A stretch of DNA of 48,065 nt from Planctomycetota bacterium (GTDB lineage Bacteria > Planctomycetota > PLA2 > JAEUHO01): positions 21,794 to 69,858 of the forward strand of contig JBFWRP010000024.1 of the NCBI GenBank assembly GCA_050248855.1, given 5' to 3'. Made by a program: the position numbers and the translations under genes. Under the pieces are notes generated by a model. That model saw only the letters and a list, made by a program, of their open reading frames with translations. It was not told the origin of the DNA and did no database searches. Shown piece by piece: positions 43,186-48,065 of the stretch. The stretch's first letter is position 1, and each line of letters begins with the position of its first letter.

Positions 43186-43556
43186 TGCGGCATCCACCCG
43201 GCATCCCAGCCGCTCGGCGGCCCCCGTCCCAGCGCCCCAGCTCGCGCCCCGACTCGCGGGGCGCTCCAAAGCCTTGTCTGGAAAGGCGTTACGGTCATCC
43301 GCCCCAGCCGCCCCAGGATCCGAGGGGTACACCTCTCCTCGTTCACGACACGCGAGTACCCCCTCGTCCCGTCCCCCTAGGGCGTGTTTCCCTTCTTGTG
43401 ACGTGTCTCTCGTCTCAGAACTTGGGGCACTTGGGGCAGCAGACCGCAAAGCCCTAATCGAAGGCGTTTGAGCCGCCCCACAGGCTGGGGCGGGGTTGGG
43501 GCGGTTGGGGCGGTCGCCGTCAGCTGATGAAGGCGCCGATGACCCGGCGGCGATCA

Positions 43557-43766
43557 TCAGCGAGCGCCTTCGCTACGGCGCGCCAGTTCGATGTAGGCGG
43601 TGACCGAGGCATCTGTGACGCGGGTCGCTCGTCGACCCATGCGAACGACATCGAGTTTGCCGGCGGCGATGAGTGCCCACACCGTTCGCGGGGCCAGGCC
43701 GAGCCGGCGGGCCGCCTCCGGGATTCGCAACAGCAGCGGCCCGGTCGGGTCAGGAATCTGCACCAT
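43557..43766 (-). CDS. Excisionase-family HTH DNA-binding protein
   Basis: LLLRIPEAARRLGLAPRTVWALIAAGKLDVVRMGRRATRV. Confidence 0.88.
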   Translation of the reverse strand: MVQIPDPTGPLLLRIPEAARRLGLAPRTVWALIAAGKLDVVRMGRRATRVTDASVTAYIELARRSEGAR

Positions 43767-43848
43767 GTCGTGGCTCCACGCGGCGCGTCTCTGCGCGCTT
43801 GTTCATGGATACCACTGGTGCAGAAGGCTCGATCCGTCGCTTCGATGT

Positions 43849-43882
43849 GTCGGAGAACCAGTTTCTCCCTTAGTTCTCCGAC
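43849..43882. promoter_or_regulatory. Perfect 10-bp inverted repeat upstream of the excisionase (operator or terminator)
   Basis: GTCGGAGAAC-N14-GTTCTCCGAC. Confidence 0.5.
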
Positions 43883-45498
43883 GGACTGCGCAGTTCCCAA
43901 ACGCGGTGGCCGGTGAGTTCCTGCCGCGTCTCAAAGCCGAGGGCGGCGAGGTGGCGTCGCACGTCGTCCGTCCACGCGGATCGCGGGTTCTCCAGGCCCG
44001 GCCCCTTTAGGCGGGCCAGTCGGATCCATGTTCCCGCCGGCAGGTTCAGGCGGACGACGGCGTCGAGGTATGCGTCTCGGTAGCGGAGCGCCAGCTCGGC
44101 GGTGGTGACGGCCGGCCGATGTGCACGACGCCTCTCGACCGGCCCACCTCCGAGTATCTCGAGGAGTGGGCGGCCCACCAGGGCATGGTCCAGGGGCCTC
44201 CCGAGGGCCAGTCCATCGATCACAGCACGAGCTCGATCCTCTACGCAGTCCAAGCCGTCGCGCTCGATGACGGTGCTCAGGCCAAGCAGGAAGGGATCCC
44301 AGTGTTTCCGCGAGAACTCGGCCCATGCCTCAGGTGAACCCGGACGTTGTTTGATTGGGCCGTCGCGCGTGGTCCTGCGCTCAGCCAGGTGAGCCACCGT
44401 CCAGAGTGCCATGGAGGCGCAGAGCTCTCTCAGGAGCATCCACCCGACCTCTGCGTCGGCGCGTCGGGTCATCCCGTCTGCCTGGGCCGTCTCGATCCAC
44501 CGCTGGGCGTTCCTACGGGCGTGGTCGATCGCCTCATGGCGGAGGTAGCGGCCGGAGACGACCGCCCCCTCGGCTGCATCGGTAAGCGTGCGCTCCCAAT
44601 CGGCCGGCGGGACGCGATGCCGAGGTGCATCCACGGCCCCAAAGTCGCTCGCGCCGCTGCCTGCTACTCCGAGCGATGCAGCATGAACCGCATCGGAGTT
44701 CGTGGCCCCCGGACCAGACGCCGGAAACCCGATCGCCCGTCCCGTGAGGCGAGCCAGCACCTCGATCTCGCTGCTGTCGGGTGAGTCCCAGGGAATCGAC
44801 CCGATTCGGCTGGAACTGACCTCGTTCGCGGAAACCCACGTGGCGGCGGCCCAATCACCTCCGGGTGCCGTACGCTCCAAGGCGGCAACCGCACGAACGC
44901 GGCGGTCGCAAATGTCGGCCCCGCTCCTGACCCGCTCCACGAGGTAGCACACGATCCGCTCGCGCGTGTCGTGGGCATCAAGGGCGGCAAGTACCCACGT
45001 CCCGCCGGCCGGCGCCACATCCATGGGGAGGCCGTGAAGCGCAAGGGCGCTGAGACCGCGGCGAGCGGTCCACCTCTCGATGGGCCCGGCAGACGAGGTG
45101 ACCAACTCGCCATCGTGCGGAAGTACTACCCGGTCCGGCCAAGCAAGGAGTCTCGCGTCGTGAAGGGACATGCGCTCCTCCAAGACAGAGGCAGCAATGG
45201 CCCGGAAGATGGGATCCTCGATGTGTGCCGCGCGGCCATGGAGATCGGGCGTGAGTCGTGCGAGGGCGCGAGCCTCGTGTTCGTCGGTCAGCCCGAGGGC
45301 GTGGACCACCGCGAGTCGCAGGTAGTACCGGCTCAGCGCGGGACTCGTCGCCGCCTCGTACACGTGGCGCCCGACGTCGAACCCGCCGGGCGAACCGGAC
45401 AGCCATGCCAGGCCCCTCTCACGCAACCTCGGATCGCCGGTACTCGACGGGCCAGTCGGCTTCGAGCGATGCGTCTTGCTTGCGCGCGGAGCGACCAT
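43870..45498 (-). CDS. Hypothetical protein (542 aa)
   Basis: Long ORF with AGGAG SD before ATG 45498; no recognised motif. Confidence 0.55.
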   Translation of the reverse strand: MVAPRASKTHRSKPTGPSSTGDPRLRERGLAWLSGSPGGFDVGRHVYEAATSPALSRYYLRLAVVHALGLTDEHEARALARLTPDLHGRAAHIEDPIFRAIAASVLEERMSLHDARLLAWPDRVVLPHDGELVTSSAGPIERWTARRGLSALALHGLPMDVAPAGGTWVLAALDAHDTRERIVCYLVERVRSGADICDRRVRAVAALERTAPGGDWAAATWVSANEVSSSRIGSIPWDSPDSSEIEVLARLTGRAIGFPASGPGATNSDAVHAASLGVAGSGASDFGAVDAPRHRVPPADWERTLTDAAEGAVVSGRYLRHEAIDHARRNAQRWIETAQADGMTRRADAEVGWMLLRELCASMALWTVAHLAERRTTRDGPIKQRPGSPEAWAEFSRKHWDPFLLGLSTVIERDGLDCVEDRARAVIDGLALGRPLDHALVGRPLLEILGGGPVERRRAHRPAVTTAELALRYRDAYLDAVVRLNLPAGTWIRLARLKGPGLENPRSAWTDDVRRHLAALGFETRQELTGHRVWELRSPSEN

Positions 45499-45843
45499 GC
45501 TGGCTCCTGTCAGGGCTTGTAGCCCGGGTGGGGGTCACCACGCTACTGGATCGGGCTGACGCGCTGTGCCGAGTCGCGACCTCCGCGAAGCGCCACGGCT
45601 CACGATGTCGTGATGCGCGCCACCACCTGCACGTGCCACCCCCTGCCGGTCCGGGGCGTGTGGCCCCCTCTGCTCGATCGACGCCCATTCGTGACCGCCC
45701 GGTGGCTGCGGTGCACGAGACGGACCCCCGGCGCCCCCAGAGGTCCGCTGTCGGCACCCGGCAGCACTCCAATCGGGCTCCATTGCGGCGCGGTCTGACG
45801 TAGCCTCGATGCCGCAGTCCGACCAGCAGGGGGGCCACGGTCC

Positions 45844-46374
45844 ATGCACTCATCACCTGGGGTTCACAGCGATCGAGTCAGACGCTCCTCTCGTTTGCTG
45901 CTGTTGCTGATCGCGTCGATCGCCCTGGGAGCATGTGCGACGCGCAGCGGGACGCGGGAGGCTGTACAGCCAGCTTCCCTGGCCGGCGCCTACATGTGCG
46001 ACGTTCCCACTGCGGAGTTGAAGCGCCCGTTCCAGCGGGGGACACCCGAGTCTGCCAGGATCGAGAATGGGCTGTGGGTTCTCGTACTCCGGGCCGATGG
46101 CGTAGCGTTCTCGTGGGACAACATCCTCAGCTCGCTCGTAACGCCGAACTACGGTCGTGCGGTTGTTGGCAAGTGGCGGGAGATCGACGGATCGCGCCCT
46201 CGGCGGGTCGAAGTCACATGGGAGCAGTCCACACCAAGGGGCGACAGCGATCCCGACACGGTCTTGGAGTTTCCGCCTCCTGCCCGACCTGCTGTCTTCA
46301 CACTCGAAGGTGAGTTCTTGGTGGGCAAGTTCTGGTACGAAGAGTTGCCGTACGTGCGCGTGGATGCCCGCTGA
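45844..46374 (+). CDS. Hypothetical lipoprotein
   Basis: RRSSRLLLLLIASIALGAC lipobox. Confidence 0.65.
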   Translation: MHSSPGVHSDRVRRSSRLLLLLIASIALGACATRSGTREAVQPASLAGAYMCDVPTAELKRPFQRGTPESARIENGLWVLVLRADGVAFSWDNILSSLVTPNYGRAVVGKWREIDGSRPRRVEVTWEQSTPRGDSDPDTVLEFPPPARPAVFTLEGEFLVGKFWYEELPYVRVDAR

Positions 46375-46405
46375 CGGCTGGCAAGTGGACGGGTCGATCC
46401 CGGAG

Positions 46406-47098
46406 TTACGTCGTCATGCGGGCGACGACTTGCGGATTCCACCCCTTCCCCTTGCGCGGCGTCATGCCCTCCGCGAGCAGCGTGCGTCCGGTGCTGCGGA
46501 GCGAGTGCCCTGCGTCGCGTAGTTCCCGGGCGCGAGCGATGACCGCCTGTTCGTGGTCGTCGGGCAGCAGCGTCTTCCCGTCCTCGCCGACCCGGTAGCC
46601 GTAGCGCACCGTGCCCGTTCGCTCGCCCCGTTCGCGCTTCAAGGCCAGCGCGGCCTTCGTCCGGGCCCGGATCAGCATCCGCTCGTAGGCCGAGAACGCC
46701 GCAACGATGTTCCTCATCAAGGCCGCCTCGGGACCCGCTCCATTGCCCGCACCGTCCGCACTCTGGACCCGCGCACCGACCCGTTCACACAGCCGCTCGA
46801 CCATGGCGTTGACCAGGACGTCGCGGGCCAGGCGGTCGCGTCGGGCCACCAGCAAGGCCCCCGCGCCATGGGTCCGTAGCGCGTCGATGGCGGCGAGCAG
46901 GCCCGGACGCTTGTCCAACTCGGCACCGCCGCTGATGCCGAGGTCCTCGAACCAGGCCACGACGGTGACGCCTCGGGCAGCGGCCCAGGCTTCCACGGCG
47001 GCCCGCTGGGCACCTGGGGAAAGGTCCTGCCGGGACGTGCTGGCCCGGGCGTAGCCGATGGCCTTGGTGGGGTCGGGGGCGGGGTGGTTTCGCGCCAT
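46406..47098 (-). CDS. Small serine recombinase (resolvase/invertase) with short C-terminal recombinase-like domain
   Basis: AIGYARAST, DLGISGG..KRPGL, RRDRLARD, YERMLIRARTKAAL, YGY; AAGGAG SD. Confidence 0.93.
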   Translation of the reverse strand: MARNHPAPDPTKAIGYARASTSRQDLSPGAQRAAVEAWAAARGVTVVAWFEDLGISGGAELDKRPGLLAAIDALRTHGAGALLVARRDRLARDVLVNAMVERLCERVGARVQSADGAGNGAGPEAALMRNIVAAFSAYERMLIRARTKAALALKRERGERTGTVRYGYRVGEDGKTLLPDDHEQAVIARARELRDAGHSLRSTGRTLLAEGMTPRKGKGWNPQVVARMTT

Positions 47099-47508
47099 GG
47101 GGGGATCTCCTTGGCGCGATGAGGGCGTCGGCAGAGCCCGGATCCAAGGGCTTTGAGCCCAACCGGTGGGTGGCGGTCAGAGGCCGTAAGTGGGGGCTGT
47201 AGCGCAGGGGAGACGGCTGGGCTGGGGCCGGGTCGAGGTACGATCGGGGGCGCGAAAAGTGCCATTTCCAGCCGTCCTCGTCGTGGGGACCCTAGGGGAG
47301 CCCCTGCGCCCTGGTGGCGCGATTCGGCGCGATCTGGATCGATCCAGGGCCCGTTAGGCTGCGTGACGCGCCAGGACGCCCCAGGGCCCGTTTCCCCGGT
47401 CGCGGCCCCCGTTCGTGGCGTTAGGTCCAGCGGACGCGGCAGGGGCCGCCGTAGCGCGTTGTAGGGGCCCGTGTGGGGAGTCCGATTCCCATCCCCCCAT
47501 GGGTGGGG

Positions 47509-47829
47509 TCAGGGCAGGCCCGGCCCGCCTGGGGCGTCCTGGGCGAGCCTAGCGCGGGCCAGCGCGAGGCCCCGGAGCTTGGCCAGCAGCGACGCCGCGA
47601 CCCTCCGCGTCCTGACCGTGACCAACTCGTCCTGCGCCACCCCGGCCAGCCGATCGGCGAGGTCCCACGGGACCGTCCCCTCCCGGAACCTGGCCCGGGC
47701 CACGAACAGCACCAGCCGGGCGTCGGCCCGCGCCTCCCGGAGCTCGACGGGCAACCCCGGCGGCGGCGTGAGGCGTCGCGCCTCCCACGGCTCCCACGGT
47801 TGGGTCTCGCGAGGCCCGATCACGGCCAC
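47509..47829 (-). CDS. Hypothetical protein
   Basis: Overlaps the terminase stop; AGGAG-like GCAGG upstream; no motif recognised. Confidence 0.45.
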   Translation of the reverse strand: MAVIGPRETQPWEPWEARRLTPPPGLPVELREARADARLVLFVARARFREGTVPWDLADRLAGVAQDELVTVRTRRVAASLLAKLRGLALARARLAQDAPGGPGLP

Positions 47830-48065
47830 CGCCTGCTACCTACGGGGCGGCCCCGGCGCGCGCCGGGCTGCCCGAAGAGGCGCTCCGGTCGCGCGAACGG
47901 CGACGCCGGCCTCGGACCCGCGAAGGGGGACGCGGGGTCCTCGGTCGGGTCGTAGGAGCGGACGGCGGTCACGGCCCGCGGTGCCATCGCCGACCGACCC
48001 GCCGCCACGGCGTAGCCGAGGCAGTCCACGATGTCGTCGTGCTGGCCGAGCGGGAACGCGAGCAC
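47820..48065 (-). CDS. Phage terminase large subunit, C-terminal end (truncated by the window)
   Basis: FPLGQHDDIVDCLGYA matches the FPxgxHDDxvDA nuclease-domain motif. Confidence 0.75.
   Translation of the reverse strand: MLAFPLGQHDDIVDCLGYAVAAGRSAMAPRAVTAVRSYDPTEDPASPFAGPRPASPFARPERLFGQPGARRGRPVGSRRWP

Larger units (their letters stand above)
31073..48065. mobile_element. tRNA-Asn-associated genomic island(s) including a satellite/prophage-like element; right end outside the window
   Basis: TA pair, two serine recombinases, DUF2924, primase-helicase, excisionase, terminase; more A/T-ending codons than the flanking core genes, judged by eye. Confidence 0.85.

Noticed and set aside
46406..47098. 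IS607 transposase
   Set aside because: No N-terminal MerR-like HTH and no adjacent tnpB; the catalytic domain is N-terminal, as in resolvases.

Overview
High-GC bacterial window with two parts; Planctomycetota is inferred from gene content (FHA-Ser/Thr kinase, FGE-thioredoxin, Sua5-LMW phosphatase fusion, short ParC/ParE). Part 1 (1-31072) is core chromosome: tsaC-phosphatase fusion, a sensor-less kinase with a sigma54 activator, dnaK, EVE protein, C45 peptidase, thiC, marR, parC/parE, proline dehydrogenase, purN, FHA-kinase, yggS, a PQQ-repeat protein, tatA, tilS, gap, rpe, accD, GNAT and tRNA-Asn(GTT). It is interspersed with two families of palindromic REP-like repeats, one forming a tandem array of about five 191-bp units upstream of thiC, and many genes look leaderless. 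Part 2 (31073 to the window end) is accessory DNA next to tRNA-Asn. It contains a BrnT/XRE toxin-antitoxin islet bounded by a degenerate copy of the tRNA 3' end, then four co-oriented envelope genes separated by a near-identical 25-bp repeat containing a -10-like box. A satellite/prophage-like module follows: large serine recombinase, DUF2924 proteins, DUF3854 primase-helicase, excisionase, a second small serine recombinase and a terminase large-subunit C-terminus. The best candidate for an undescribed system is the 25-bp-repeat cassette-like array abutting the serine-recombinase operon. All calls come from manual motif recognition; no searches were run.
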